Shown here: positions 10,854 through 22,743 of the stretch, one piece after another
Numbering within the stretch: the stretch's first letter is position 1
How the letters are laid out: the number at the start of each line of letters is the position of its first letter
Assembly (NCBI GenBank): GCA_965222375.1
Contig: CBDCTZ010000015.1
Coordinates: forward strand, 576,001 to 640,000
Direction of reading: 5' to 3'
Origin: Polyangiaceae bacterium
GTDB taxonomy: Bacteria; Myxococcota_A; Polyangia; Polyangiales; Polyangiaceae
Length of the DNA stretch: 64,000 nucleotides
Notes under the pieces: generated by a model
Seen by the model: only the letters and a program-made list of their open reading frames with translations
What the model was told of the DNA's origin: nothing
Database searches by the model: none
Translations under genes and position numbers: made by a program

Positions 10854-11582
10854 GTGGCGCTTCGTGATGCCCGAAGGGGCAATACCCGAAGGGGTGCGGA
10901 AGTGGCGCGGAAAAGGGTCCCTACTCTCGCACAGGTGCTCGGGGCAAGATCGAAAGGAACCCCTCAGGGACAACTGAAGGGATTCCTTCGGTGGGGGCAT
11001 CTAGCCTTGTGCGCATCCTTCGCCTGCTGCACACCCACGGCGTCACATAACCCAGAACAAACTGCTGCGCGGCCTCTCTCACCCGAGCCGGACCCGCGCA
11101 GCGGCCCAGAAAAGACGCCGCAGAGTTCAGACTCTGGGGTCCAATCAGTGCCGGACGCATCCGTCGAGGCAGCGGGCAGCTGCCGTTCCTTCGAAACCGA
11201 CAACGTCCGGTTCCAAGACGGAGCCATCCGGCTCCTGCGGCGAATCCACTTCGACTACGACAAGCACACGATTCGCAAACAGAGCTTCCCGATCCTCGAC
11301 GATCTCGCGCAACTCTTGTCACGTCACGCCGAGCTGAAGCGTGTCGAAATCCAAGGGCACTATCCCAATCCTCCGCAGACTTATTCGATTCGGCTTTCCC
11401 AAGGACGCGCGCGAGCTGTGGTGCGATACCTCGTGGCGAAGGGCATCGCTCGGAATCGTCTCGAGGCGCGCGGTTACGGCGAGGAGCGGCCGCTCGCTCC
11501 AAACGACACGCCCGAAAGAAGACGGCTCAACCGCCGCATCGAGGTGCGTGTACTCGAGGCGCCACGCCTGAGCTGTGACTGA
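10854..11582 (+). CDS. OmpA-family peptidoglycan-associated protein (start uncertain)
   Basis: IHFDYDK..I, LSQGRARAVVRYLV.KGI...RL.ARGYGEERP, NRRIE. Confidence 0.8.
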   Translation: MALRDARRGNTRRGAEVARKRVPTLAQVLGARSKGTPQGQLKGFLRWGHLALCASFACCTPTASHNPEQTAARPLSPEPDPRSGPEKTPQSSDSGVQSVPDASVEAAGSCRSFETDNVRFQDGAIRLLRRIHFDYDKHTIRKQSFPILDDLAQLLSRHAELKRVEIQGHYPNPPQTYSIRLSQGRARAVVRYLVAKGIARNRLEARGYGEERPLAPNDTPERRRLNRRIEVRVLEAPRLSCD

Positions 11583-11825
11583 TGGTTCGTCTCCGCGCTA
11601 CTCCGGGCGCGGGAACTTCGCTTGCAGGTAGGCCCGCGCGCCGCAGTACTCGCGACAGCCCGCTGGTGATGGACAGTGTGTCAAGGCTGACGCCGACGGT
11701 TGGGCTAATGCGCCTGAACGTCGCTGTCTTGCGTACTTCTGAACGCTCGGTCTCAGCGAGGACATTCCGGCTGCCGCGTCCCAGGCGGGCGAACTCGTCC
11801 AGCCAGCGATTCGCGCCATGGGTGT

Positions 11826-13673
11826 TCAATCCGCGCTCCGCGGCGCGGCCTCCCGGGCGAATTGGAGTTCATGCAGACGCGCATATAGCCCACCATGGGC
11901 GATGAGTTCGTCGTGGGTTCCCTGCTCGGCAATGCGCCCCTTGTGAAAGACGACGATGCGATCTGCGCGCCGAATCGTGCTGAGACGATGAGCGATCAGG
12001 ATCGCGGTGCGACCGCGCCAAAGCTCCTCGAGCGCAGTCTGGAGCTTCGCTTCGGTATCGCTATCGATGTTCGCTGTCGCTTCGTCCAAGATCAGCACCG
12101 GGGAATCACGATATAGCGCGCGCGCAAAGGCGATGAGCTGACGCTCGCCCGCGGAAAAGTTCTCGCCACGCTCCTGCACCAGAGTGTCCAGCCCTTGCTC
12201 GCGCTTCATGAATAGTTCGAGAGCTCCAATTCGGGTGAGGGCATCCCGAACTCGTTCCATGTCCGGGGCTTCACCCGCGGCGATATTCGTCGCCACGCTG
12301 CCGGGGAACAGGAATACGTCTTGGGGCACGACGGCAAATCGCCTCCGCAGCTCCTGTCGAGACATGCTGCACACGTCCCTTCCACCAACCCGTACGGTGC
12401 CCTGCATCACCTCGTACAAACGCAGCAACAAGGACGTCACCGTCGTCTTGCCCGCACCCGTGGGCCCCACGAGCGCGATCTTCTCGCCGGGCTTTGCGCT
12501 CAGAGACACCCCATGCAGCACCGGGACGCCGGGCTTGTATTCGAAGCTGATGTCGTCGAGTTCCAACGCGAGGGATGGGTCTCCGTCGGCGCCACTCTCA
12601 GCGGTTGGAGCATCTAGCTCGGCTTCGGGTGTGTCGATCAAGCCGAACACCCTTTCCGCACCTGCCATCGCGCTCTGAAGCAGGGTGTAGCGCTGCGCCA
12701 GCGCGCTGATGGGCTCGAAAAACTGAACCAGGTAGGCGTTAAAAGCGACGACGGTGCCGAAGCTGACCGGGTGGTAGCCCAAGTACACGATGATGCTTGC
12801 CAGGCACACGGCGGCGATCATTTCGATGGCCGCGTCCTGCATCGACTCGAACTTGATGGACGAGAGCGTTGCGTCTCGATAGGCGCGATTGATGTCGTCG
12901 AATTCCCGAGCCGCCGCGTCCTCGTGGCGATAGGCTTGCACCACGCTCATCCCGGCAACTTGTTCGTTCATCGTGGCGTTCATGCGCGCCGTCTTGGAGC
13001 GGATCTCGCGAAACGCGGTCCTCATACGCTTGCGTACGAACACCACTAGCAGGGCCACTGGCGGCGTAGCCGCAAAGGCGACAAGTGCGAGCTTGGCGTC
13101 CAGCGCCAACATCAGCGCGACGATGCCGATCAAGCGGATCAGATCGCCGAAGGCGTTGAGGGCGCCAGAGGCGAATAGCTCCTGGATCGCATCCACGTCG
13201 TTGGTGACCCGAGTCACCAAGCGGCCGACGGGCTGGTGATCGAAGAAGCCGAGCCGAAGGCGATGCAGGAACGTGAACACATGGCGTCGCAAGTCCGCCA
13301 TGGCCCGGGCACCCGCGACCTGCAGAGCGTATATCTGAATGTACACCAAGACCTGCTCGACAAGCACGATGCCCAACAGCAGCAGGCCCGAGTTCATCAG
13401 CACGTCGCCGTCGCCGCGAAGCACGCCCTCGTCGATGGCGTGCAGCATCACGAGGGGTCGAACCATCGATCCGACTGCGGTGATCAGGATGGAGGCCACC
13501 GCCAGGGCCAGGGCCAGTTTGTGCGGTTTCACGAAAGGCCAGAGCCTTGCGATCAGTCGTGAATCGTAGGCCTTGCCCAGCCTGCCTTCTTCGTGAAAGC
13601 GGCGCAGCACGGCCTCCGTGCGGGACTCGCCCTGCTCGCCTGATGTTTCGGCCGAAGTCGTCATCTGCGTCAC
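11826..13673 (-). CDS. ABC exporter permease/ATP-binding subunit (MdlB/YheH-like)
   Basis: TM domain + GPTGAGKT, FSAGERQ, LILDEAT, IAHRLSTI. Confidence 0.92.
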   Translation of the reverse strand: MTQMTTSAETSGEQGESRTEAVLRRFHEEGRLGKAYDSRLIARLWPFVKPHKLALALAVASILITAVGSMVRPLVMLHAIDEGVLRGDGDVLMNSGLLLLGIVLVEQVLVYIQIYALQVAGARAMADLRRHVFTFLHRLRLGFFDHQPVGRLVTRVTNDVDAIQELFASGALNAFGDLIRLIGIVALMLALDAKLALVAFAATPPVALLVVFVRKRMRTAFREIRSKTARMNATMNEQVAGMSVVQAYRHEDAAAREFDDINRAYRDATLSSIKFESMQDAAIEMIAAVCLASIIVYLGYHPVSFGTVVAFNAYLVQFFEPISALAQRYTLLQSAMAGAERVFGLIDTPEAELDAPTAESGADGDPSLALELDDISFEYKPGVPVLHGVSLSAKPGEKIALVGPTGAGKTTVTSLLLRLYEVMQGTVRVGGRDVCSMSRQELRRRFAVVPQDVFLFPGSVATNIAAGEAPDMERVRDALTRIGALELFMKREQGLDTLVQERGENFSAGERQLIAFARALYRDSPVLILDEATANIDSDTEAKLQTALEELWRGRTAILIAHRLSTIRRADRIVVFHKGRIAEQGTHDELIAHGGLYARLHELQFAREAAPRSAD

Positions 13674-15472
13674 GCGCTCTGAGCGATTTCGCTCAGGTCC
13701 TGCTCTCCCAGCTGCGCCAGTTCCTGTTCAATGCGCTGCTCTTCAGCGAAGGCGGCGTAGAGTCCGCCCTGCGCGATCAATTCATCGTGAGTGCCTTGCT
13801 CGACCACCCTTCCCTGATCCAAGACGAGCACCTGATCGCATCGAGCCGCTGCGGCGACCCGGTGGGTGATCAAGATCACGCCACGCTCGGCGCGTTGTCG
13901 ATCGATGGCGTCGAGAATCGCGCGCTCAGTGCGCGCATCCACTGCGCTCAGGGGGTCATCCAGTACCATGAGCTTCGGCTTGGCGACGAAAGCCCGCGCC
14001 AACGCGGTGCGCTGCTTTTGTCCCCCGGAGAGCTGCACACCGCGCTCACCGACGATGGTGTCAAAGCCGTCCGGTAGCGAGAGCACTTCGTCGAGGACAT
14101 GGGCTTCCTTGGCGGCCTCGCGAATCGTCTTGAGCGCCGGGCCCGAATCCGGGTTTTCGAGCACGTAACCCACGTTGCGCCCAATCGTCGTAGAGAACAG
14201 GAAAGCGCTCTGCTGAGCGTACCCCACACCGCTTCGCACCGTCTCGAGAGGTAAGTCACAGACGTCCACTCCATCCAGGAACACGCTGCCCCGGGGGGTC
14301 GGCATCAAGCGAGGCAAGAGCACAGCCAAGGTGGACTTCCCGGCACCGGTCCGACCCACGATGGCCAGGGAACCACCAGCGGGTACGGAGAAGCTCACGC
14401 CCCGCAGGACGTCTTCGCTGCTGTAGCCAAAGGTCAAGTTCCGCACTTCAAGTGCCCCCTGCAGGGGCTCGGGCGCCGGCTCCTTGCCATCGACGATGTC
14501 GGGCTCTGCCTGGTAGATTTCTTCGAGGCGCGAGTATGACGCCCGGCCACGCTGTACCAGGCCAACCAGAAAGCCGAGCGCGATGAGCGGCCAGGTGAGC
14601 CGAGCCAAGGCTCGATAGAACGCGAGAAACCCACCCGCGGTGAGTTCCTCTTGCAGCATCAAGTGGCCACCGTACCAAAACACGATCAAGATCCCGAAGG
14701 CGACGATGGCCTGCATGATCGGCCCCATCGAACCGCGCAGGCGTGCCAAGGCCAGGCTCTTGTCCAGGTAGAGCTGGTTAGTCTCTTCGAAGCGCTCACG
14801 CTCGGAGTCTTCCAGAGCAAAGGAGCGCACGACTCGCACGCCAGCGATGCTGGACTGCACGCTTTCACTCATCTTTCCGATGGCGTCCTGATTGTCCCGA
14901 GTGCGGGTGTAGATCAGTCGAGAGAAGCGCTGAGTTACCAGCATGAGTACCGGCAGCATGCTCAGGGACGCCAGAGTCAGCTTCCAACTGATGCCGATCG
15001 TGACGGTCAGTGAGCTAACCAGAGCAAATAAAGTATTGATCACGTTCAGCACGCCGAACCCGAGTAGCAACCGCACTTGGGCTAGATCATTCGTGACTCG
15101 GCTCATGATCTCCCCAGAGCTCATGTGGCGATAAAACGAGGGACCGAGCTTGTGCAGGTGGTGCAACAGGGCGCGGCGCAGTTCATATTCGGCGATCCGG
15201 CCACCATTGAAGATGGCGACCCGGGAAAGCACCCGAACACCAAAGGCGACGATCGAAACGCCCACCAACCACGCACCGAGCTGCGCCGCTGCAGCGTATT
15301 TCTCCGCCATCGCGTCGTTGATGGCGAGCATCAAGCGGGTATCGAACCAATACTGCGCGTATTGGTAGCCGGCCAGGAGCAGCAAGCCCACGCCATAGCG
15401 GCGCGCTTGACGCAGGAATTGGGCGGTCAGAGTGACCGGAATGCTCTCAGCGGGCGGCGACATTTGGGGCAC
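13670..15472 (-). CDS. ABC exporter permease/ATP-binding subunit (MdlA/YheI-like)
   Basis: TM domain + GRTGAGKST, LSGGQKQR, degenerate Walker B VLDDPLSAVD; 4-bp overlap with partner. Confidence 0.92.
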   Translation of the reverse strand: MPQMSPPAESIPVTLTAQFLRQARRYGVGLLLLAGYQYAQYWFDTRLMLAINDAMAEKYAAAAQLGAWLVGVSIVAFGVRVLSRVAIFNGGRIAEYELRRALLHHLHKLGPSFYRHMSSGEIMSRVTNDLAQVRLLLGFGVLNVINTLFALVSSLTVTIGISWKLTLASLSMLPVLMLVTQRFSRLIYTRTRDNQDAIGKMSESVQSSIAGVRVVRSFALEDSERERFEETNQLYLDKSLALARLRGSMGPIMQAIVAFGILIVFWYGGHLMLQEELTAGGFLAFYRALARLTWPLIALGFLVGLVQRGRASYSRLEEIYQAEPDIVDGKEPAPEPLQGALEVRNLTFGYSSEDVLRGVSFSVPAGGSLAIVGRTGAGKSTLAVLLPRLMPTPRGSVFLDGVDVCDLPLETVRSGVGYAQQSAFLFSTTIGRNVGYVLENPDSGPALKTIREAAKEAHVLDEVLSLPDGFDTIVGERGVQLSGGQKQRTALARAFVAKPKLMVLDDPLSAVDARTERAILDAIDRQRAERGVILITHRVAAAARCDQVLVLDQGRVVEQGTHDELIAQGGLYAAFAEEQRIEQELAQLGEQDLSEIAQSA

Positions 15473-15677
15473 AGGAGCCCGAATCCAGCGAGCCCAGTGT
15501 GTCGATAGTCCTCATGGCGGACAATCGCCAGCACTCCGATAGCAAGCGCTGGGAATTGCAGGATTTTCTAGGAAACCACCCGCATCGGAGCTGGAGCGTT
15601 GCGGGAGCGCGGCACTGAAGGAGTCCAGGCTGCCGAGAATCGACCGTTCCTGGGCTTTGAGGCCCGTCTCTTCTGTC

Positions 15678-17642
<1,965 letters not shown>

Positions 17643-17954
17643 TAAGAGCGTCCGCGTCAAGCTATTCGGCCTGGTTGTCTTCGTCGCGCTAGTGCCCGTT
17701 GTAGCTTTTGCTTGGGCAGTCCGCCTACGATCAAGTGCTGCGAGATCTGCAGCAACAACATGCCACACAGGCGAGTGCGCGCACGCGGGCTTACCTGTCT
17801 GGGCTCTAGCGGCTCATGAAGGGCACGCCCGTACGAATCGGTCGGAGCGAGGCTTTGGCAAACCCTTCAGAGTCTCGTACCGTGCGGGGACGTTTCTACT
17901 AGTCAGATCTGTCAGGCCGCGGGCACCTGCCCGCCCTAGAGTGCTTTGCGGCGC

Positions 17955-18406
17955 TCACGCGCACCGCATCGCACAGACCCGACCTTGTAAGTCGCAACCA
18001 GGTTCCACCTCGTCGGAACAGTACGCGGGCGGTGGTGTGCATGGATCCGCCTCGCAACATTCGGCACCACTGCATCCACCGAAGCCGCAGCCTTCATGAA
18101 AGCCAGCTGGGCACGTGCCACCCTCCGGCTTGTCGATGCACAGGGGCGGCGCACCTCCGCAACAAGGCTGGATACAATACTGCGTTACGCCGCAGGTCTC
18201 CTTGCCACATGCGAAGGGGCCGTCGGCGGGTGGTGGCGCATCCGCCGACGCGTCGGACTGGCCACCACCTGTGCCACCCCTGTCCCGCTGGTCGCTCCGG
18301 AGCCACCGGTGCCGGAGTCTGAGCCACCGCTTCCAGGCACGGTACCCCCTTCGCTGCTGCATCCCGCCAAGCCCAGTGAGCAAACCAAAGTGAGCCACTT
18401 GATCAT
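17955..18406 (-). pseudogene. Gly-linker/Cys-rich lipoprotein gene split by a single frameshift (pseudogene or assembly indel)
   Basis: Signal MIKWLTLVCSLGLAGC + Gly linker in one frame; GGTGGG..Cys-rich domain in another; frames join if one base is added to the C4 run at 18277-18280. Confidence 0.7.
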
Positions 18407-18524
18407 GGCCGATCCGTAGAGCAAGCGGCATACCAGTATTTGTGGCGCAGCCTGTGCCATGCGTCTTCAAACGCGCTCTCCTACACCATGGTGGCGGAAG
18501 ACTGCCTCTGCGACACACGTAGCT

Positions 18525-18959
18525 CTATTGGTGGCGCGCCGCTGCCACCGGCGCATGCGAGTGCTTTTCAGCCCCCCCGGATTGCGGGATCTCGCAGGCG
18601 TCGGTGCAGCGGCCGGTCCACTTGAGTCGATTCGCCGCAAACTTCGAGTAGCCCCAATCCAACGCACCCCGCACGCCAGGCAAGCGGCTGAGCGCGACCA
18701 CGGGACCGAAGCCCACGGCGCCATAGAGTCGACGAAAGACCTCAACGCCTTCCACCCAGCTGCCGTCCGGCAAGCGACCTCGAATCCGCTGCATGAGCTG
18801 CTCGTGGGTAGTTCCTAGTTGCGTCGGGTCAAACTCGGGATCTGCGATGTTCGTAAACAGGATCCGTTCTTTCTTGTCCAACCTCATGAGCATGCGGATC
18901 TCGCGCATGCACAGCGGGCAATCGCCGTCGTAAAACACTTCAAACTGCGTACCGCTCAT
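18525..18959 (-). CDS. DCC-family (DUF393) thiol-disulfide oxidoreductase-like protein
   Basis: [10 protein letters not shown] motif; YSKFAANR. Confidence 0.88.
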   Translation of the reverse strand: MSGTQFEVFYDGDCPLCMREIRMLMRLDKKERILFTNIADPEFDPTQLGTTHEQLMQRIRGRLPDGSWVEGVEVFRRLYGAVGFGPVVALSRLPGVRGALDWGYSKFAANRLKWTGRCTDACEIPQSGGAEKHSHAPVAAARHQ

Positions 18960-18994
18960 CCCGACCTACCGTATGCTAGTTTGTCTAGGACACA

Positions 18995-19528
18995 ATGCGA
19001 GCACCGCAACCCCCTTGGAAATCGACTACCAAACTCTCGGCTCTCTTTTCGACGTCCGTACTCGCACTATGCCTCGGCTGCTCCAACACTAAGGATGGGC
19101 CGGAGGAAATCCCCCTGGCCTGCGACGACGCCGAGCCGGCTCCGAGCAACGCACCCACCTTCGAGGTCGGCAAGGAGGGTGGCGACTTATGGAAGCCCAT
19201 CGCCACCAGTGACGCACTGCCAGTGGTGCGCGGCGGCCAAGGTGGAATGCACATCGATACCGCTCTGCGCTTCTTCTACGACACCGAGGAGAAAGTGCGG
19301 GTGTTCGCCAAGGTCACGGATCCGAGCGGAGACCTGATTGGCGAAAACGCCGGTACATTCCGCACCTGCGCCGGCAAGTGGACGATCAAACGAGACTTTC
19401 GCATCTTTATGTATCGCTTCGAAAGGGACGCGCTCATCAACCTCGACGCCAATCTGCCCGAGGGCGCTGCGCCGTCAATCACTCTCGAACACATGGAGCT
19501 CTACGACCCCACGAAGCCAACCCCCTAA
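18995..19528 (+). CDS. Hypothetical lipoprotein
   Basis: Signal ending LCLGC; VVRGGQGGMHI motif. Confidence 0.65.
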   Translation: MRAPQPPWKSTTKLSALFSTSVLALCLGCSNTKDGPEEIPLACDDAEPAPSNAPTFEVGKEGGDLWKPIATSDALPVVRGGQGGMHIDTALRFFYDTEEKVRVFAKVTDPSGDLIGENAGTFRTCAGKWTIKRDFRIFMYRFERDALINLDANLPEGAAPSITLEHMELYDPTKPTP

Positions 19529-19535
19529 ACGAGTA

Positions 19536-20309
19536 TCAGTAGGTTCGAGACGAGCGCCGACGCAGTAGCAGCCGCTTCCGTCGCTCCACCTCTTGCGCAG
19601 CGGCGGCCTCATCTTCGCCAATGGTGTGTTCGATGAGGGTGATCTTCTGCCAGACCTTCTGAGACAACGCCGTGGTCAGATTCTCGACCTCGTCCACCGC
19701 GTTCAAGACCACGGGATCCGTGTAACCCTGCACCGTCAGCGCGCCCACCTTACTCACCAAAGCGAGCAGTTCGGTGCAGTAGTTCAGATATCTGAGGAGC
19801 TCGACGTCGCTCATCGTGCGCACCGGCGACGATGCAGTGTTTGGTACGCCTGAGGTCAGCTCCGAAGGGTCTTTGGTCAGTTGGTGCATGTCCACGATGT
19901 GCGCCAGAGACCGCAGCTGGTGTACGAGCGCCAACGCCGTCCGACGTTTTATGCGACTTTCCAGAGTGACCAAGAAGATCACGCCCGTACCGATGAAGAA
20001 CAGACTGCCCAGCAGGGCCTCGAGGGTTTGAATCAACTCCGTCAGCGCACGAATCTGCAGATTCAGGCGCATCTGGGGCGCCATGAGCATCAACACCACC
20101 AGGGCCCCGAGAATCAGCAGTCCGACCCCGAGCCGTAGGGGCAAGTTGGGCTGCCGTAACCCCGCGCTTCGTGTGATCACCAAACTGGCAATCCCCTGTA
20201 GCTCTTGGGCCACGCCAGACAGGCTCGCGCTCGGAAAGCGCTCATCGATGCGCCTCACCAATTGCTCGATGGTACGAACGATCTTGCCTTCGTCGAGCCT
20301 CTCGTACAC
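19536..20309 (-). CDS. Hypothetical two-TM membrane protein (start uncertain)
   Basis: Long ORF, two hydrophobic helices, LRSLAHIVDMHQLTKDP segment. Confidence 0.7.
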   Translation of the reverse strand: MYERLDEGKIVRTIEQLVRRIDERFPSASLSGVAQELQGIASLVITRSAGLRQPNLPLRLGVGLLILGALVVLMLMAPQMRLNLQIRALTELIQTLEALLGSLFFIGTGVIFLVTLESRIKRRTALALVHQLRSLAHIVDMHQLTKDPSELTSGVPNTASSPVRTMSDVELLRYLNYCTELLALVSKVGALTVQGYTDPVVLNAVDEVENLTTALSQKVWQKITLIEHTIGEDEAAAAQEVERRKRLLLRRRSSRTY

Positions 20310-20389
20310 CTGCGTACCCCGGCGCTTTTCGTAGGCGGGAGCGAGGAAGAACACAAGCTCCGGATCTCAGTTGAGCCAAGCCCCGCCTA

Positions 20390-21532
20390 ATGCAACAATA
20401 TGGGAGAATGGTGCGACCGCTGCGGGGCTTGGTGCTTATTGCCGTCACCACAATTGCGTCTTGTGCCGGGCAACAAACCGAGGACTCGATCCCCAAGAGC
20501 AGCCAAGACGCCGGCACCGACTCCCCAGCTGTGCTGTCAGACTCCGGCATTTTCCCGTCCAACGAGGGTGGCCCCTGCAAGACAGGAGACGTCGGCGCCT
20601 GCTACACGGGCCCCCCCTCGAGCCAGAACGTCGGGGTCTGCGGGGACGGCAATACCACTTGCGACAACGGCACGTGGGGCGCGTGCCTTGGAGAGGTGGT
20701 TCCAGGCATCGAGGTGTGCAACGAACTCGACGACGACTGCAACGGCAGTGTCGATGAGGGGTGCTCCTGCGTGGATGGCAAGACGCGCTCTTGCTACTCC
20801 GGAGCGTCCGGAACCGACGGCAACGGCCCTTGCAAATCTGGCACTCAGACGTGTGCTGGGGGCACGTGGCCGGCGCTGTGCGTCGGGGAGGTCACCCCGG
20901 CTTCGGAGACCTGCAACGGCGTCGACGATGATTGCGACGGCAAAGTTGACGATGGCAACCCCGGCGGCGGCGCCAAATGCACCACAAAGCTGCCCGGTGT
21001 GTGTTCTGCCGGCAGCATGACCTGCGTTTCCGCCAAGCTCTCCTGCACACCCACCACGCCATCGTCCAGCGAGAAGTGCAATTTGGCCGACGACGATTGC
21101 GATGGCAGCTGCGACGAAAGCGCCGGCTGCCGTGTGGGCGTGCATCGCTCTTGGAGCTCGAGCAAGGTAGCGCACCTCTACACGACGAACTTGAGCGAGG
21201 CTCAATCCGGCGGCTACGCCTTGGAAGTCCAGAACTTCTACTACCTTTACAAGGCAAGTCAGCCGGGGATGAAGAAGTTCTACAAGTGCCTGAAGGCCAA
21301 CGGGAAGCACTTCTACACGCAATCCAGTGCTTGCGAGGGTGGCGGAACGAGTCAGGGCGCCATGGGATACATCGGCACAGAAGCTGGCTGTGGCTCGACG
21401 CCTCTATATCGACTGTTTTCAAGCAGCAGCAGCAACCACTTCTACGCGGTCACTACGGGCGAACGGGACTACGCCGTCAGCATTGGCTACAAGTACGAGT
21501 CCATCGCGGGCTACGTGTGGAAAGAGCCGTAG
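20390..21532 (+). CDS. Cys-rich lipoprotein with MopE-type metal-binding repeats and DUF5648-like C-terminal repeats
   Basis: Lipobox IASC; three E.CN..DDDC(N/D)G..D motifs; HLYT/HFYT/HFYA repeats, PLYRLF, YESIAGYVW. Confidence 0.75.
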   Translation: MQQYGRMVRPLRGLVLIAVTTIASCAGQQTEDSIPKSSQDAGTDSPAVLSDSGIFPSNEGGPCKTGDVGACYTGPPSSQNVGVCGDGNTTCDNGTWGACLGEVVPGIEVCNELDDDCNGSVDEGCSCVDGKTRSCYSGASGTDGNGPCKSGTQTCAGGTWPALCVGEVTPASETCNGVDDDCDGKVDDGNPGGGAKCTTKLPGVCSAGSMTCVSAKLSCTPTTPSSSEKCNLADDDCDGSCDESAGCRVGVHRSWSSSKVAHLYTTNLSEAQSGGYALEVQNFYYLYKASQPGMKKFYKCLKANGKHFYTQSSACEGGGTSQGAMGYIGTEAGCGSTPLYRLFSSSSSNHFYAVTTGERDYAVSIGYKYESIAGYVWKEP

Positions 21533-21541
21533 CCACCCTGC

Positions 21542-21574
21542 TCAAGCCCCTTCGGGTCGACAGGGCTTGATTTT
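21542..21574 (+). terminator. Putative intrinsic terminator
   Basis: TCAAGCCC-N13-GGGCTTGA followed by TTTT just after stop 21532. Confidence 0.45.
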
Positions 21575-21744
21575 CAGCGCCTGCTCGCGGAAGCTCCGGG
21601 GCTTGCGACAACACGCTGCGGGCTCCAGCCTACAGCCGTCGCTTTGAACCCACACTCCAACATGCCCCTTGGGCCAGACTCTCGTCGTTTTCATCGGCGG
21701 CACACTTCTGGCACTGGAGCGCGCACCCAGTTGAGGAGGAACTC

Positions 21745-21921
21745 ATGGAAGAAATGATCAGTGGTCTCATCGCCAAAACCGGCATCAGCAAGGAGCAAGC
21801 CGAAAAGGTCGTGGAGTTCTTGAAGGAGAACGCCCACAAGGTGCCCGAGTGGCTGGGCGGCACTGACGTCGGTCAAAGCATCAAAGATAAGCTCCCAGGC
21901 GGCCTCGGCGGCATGCTCTGA
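21745..21921 (+). CDS. Small 58-aa protein missed by the ORF track
   Basis: GAGGAGG RBS; MEEMISGLIAKTGISKEQAEKVVEFLKENAHKVPEWLGGTDVGQSIKDKLPGGLGGML; GC-rich third positions; hairpin GAGAAG-N4-CTTCTC after the stop. Confidence 0.85.
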   Translation: MEEMISGLIAKTGISKEQAEKVVEFLKENAHKVPEWLGGTDVGQSIKDKLPGGLGGML

Positions 21922-21962
21922 GAAGAACCCTTCTCACGCACTTCGAGGCACCCATGAGCTCC

Positions 21963-22119
21963 GTGCTCCTGGGTGTCTTCACTTTTATCTTGGTGGTTTT
22001 GGGGTCGCGCCTCTGTTCACTTCAGGTGCGCTACTCCCGCAAGGGGGCACCGGTTCGAGATTAGGGCCCCTGGGGAAGCAGCGCTCGACCCCAAACCCAA
22101 AAACCAATTCAGGGAGCGC
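21963..22119 (+). ncRNA. Candidate structured RNA element of unknown family
   Basis: Nested long-range complementarity and internal CTCCC-GCAA-GGGGG GNRA hairpin; lies between convergent genes. Confidence 0.35.
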
Positions 22120-22123
22120 AGTC

Positions 22124-22678
22124 TCAGAATACAAAGCCGATCAAGAAGTCGACGGTGGGATAGGCACCGGAAAAGTCGTGTTCGCTCGGTGTCCTATCGT
22201 CCACACGGCTCGCGTGGGACTGCACGCCAAATCCTACGCGCAAATTGAGCGCATCACTCAAAGCAAAGCCGTAGCCCAGCGTCGCGCGCACGCCCCAGGC
22301 AGTGCCTTCGAGGGTTTCGCCACTATCGAGGTTAGCCCGAGCGTAGTCGAGACGAGCACTCGACGAGAAGTAGGGGCCTGTCGGGGCGGTACCGGTCAGG
22401 AACAGAAACGCACGAACTTCGCCACCGAAGCCGAAGATGTGATCGCTGACGTACCACGGGCGGTAGTAGTGCGCGGTGAGGTTTAGGGCGACCGTGTCGC
22501 CCAGCACGCGTTCGTAGCCCAGGCCGATCACACCGAGTCCGAGGTCGGCGTAAATGCCGTTCTCCTTGGCCGGCTCCGTAGCGGGGGCGTCCTGCTCCGA
22601 TGGTCGGGACTGTGCTTCTTCAGCCAAGGCCGAGGGAGCCCAAGTGACGATTGCAAGAGCGAGCATCAGCGGGCGCAT
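22124..22678 (-). CDS. Secreted small outer-membrane beta-barrel protein
   Basis: Signal peptide ending ALA; alternating beta-strands (GLGYER, LGYGF); C-terminal IGFVF. Confidence 0.7.
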   Translation of the reverse strand: MRPLMLALAIVTWAPSALAEEAQSRPSEQDAPATEPAKENGIYADLGLGVIGLGYERVLGDTVALNLTAHYYRPWYVSDHIFGFGGEVRAFLFLTGTAPTGPYFSSSARLDYARANLDSGETLEGTAWGVRATLGYGFALSDALNLRVGFGVQSHASRVDDRTPSEHDFSGAYPTVDFLIGFVF

Positions 22679-22743
22679 CTCGGGTAGTCTAACAGAGTTG
22701 AAGTGTGATGAGCTGGGCCGCAGCGGAGCGATGCGGCATCCGC

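Noticed and set aside
11527..11829. 100-aa minus-strand ORF overlapping the ABC stop codon
   Set aside because: TTG start, no recognisable motif, overlaps the OmpA 3' end; cannot be supported
11826..15472. Degenerate Walker B in one ABC subunit and degenerate signature in the other
   Set aside because: Normal asymmetry of heterodimeric ABC exporters
22022..22062. GGTTCGAG as a tRNA T-arm
   Set aside because: No cloverleaf, D-arm or acceptor stem could be built
22062..22082. AGG...GGAAGCAGC string resembling SRP RNA helix 8
   Set aside because: Lacks the GNRA tetraloop and CAGG context, so not called ffs; kept only within the unknown RNA candidate
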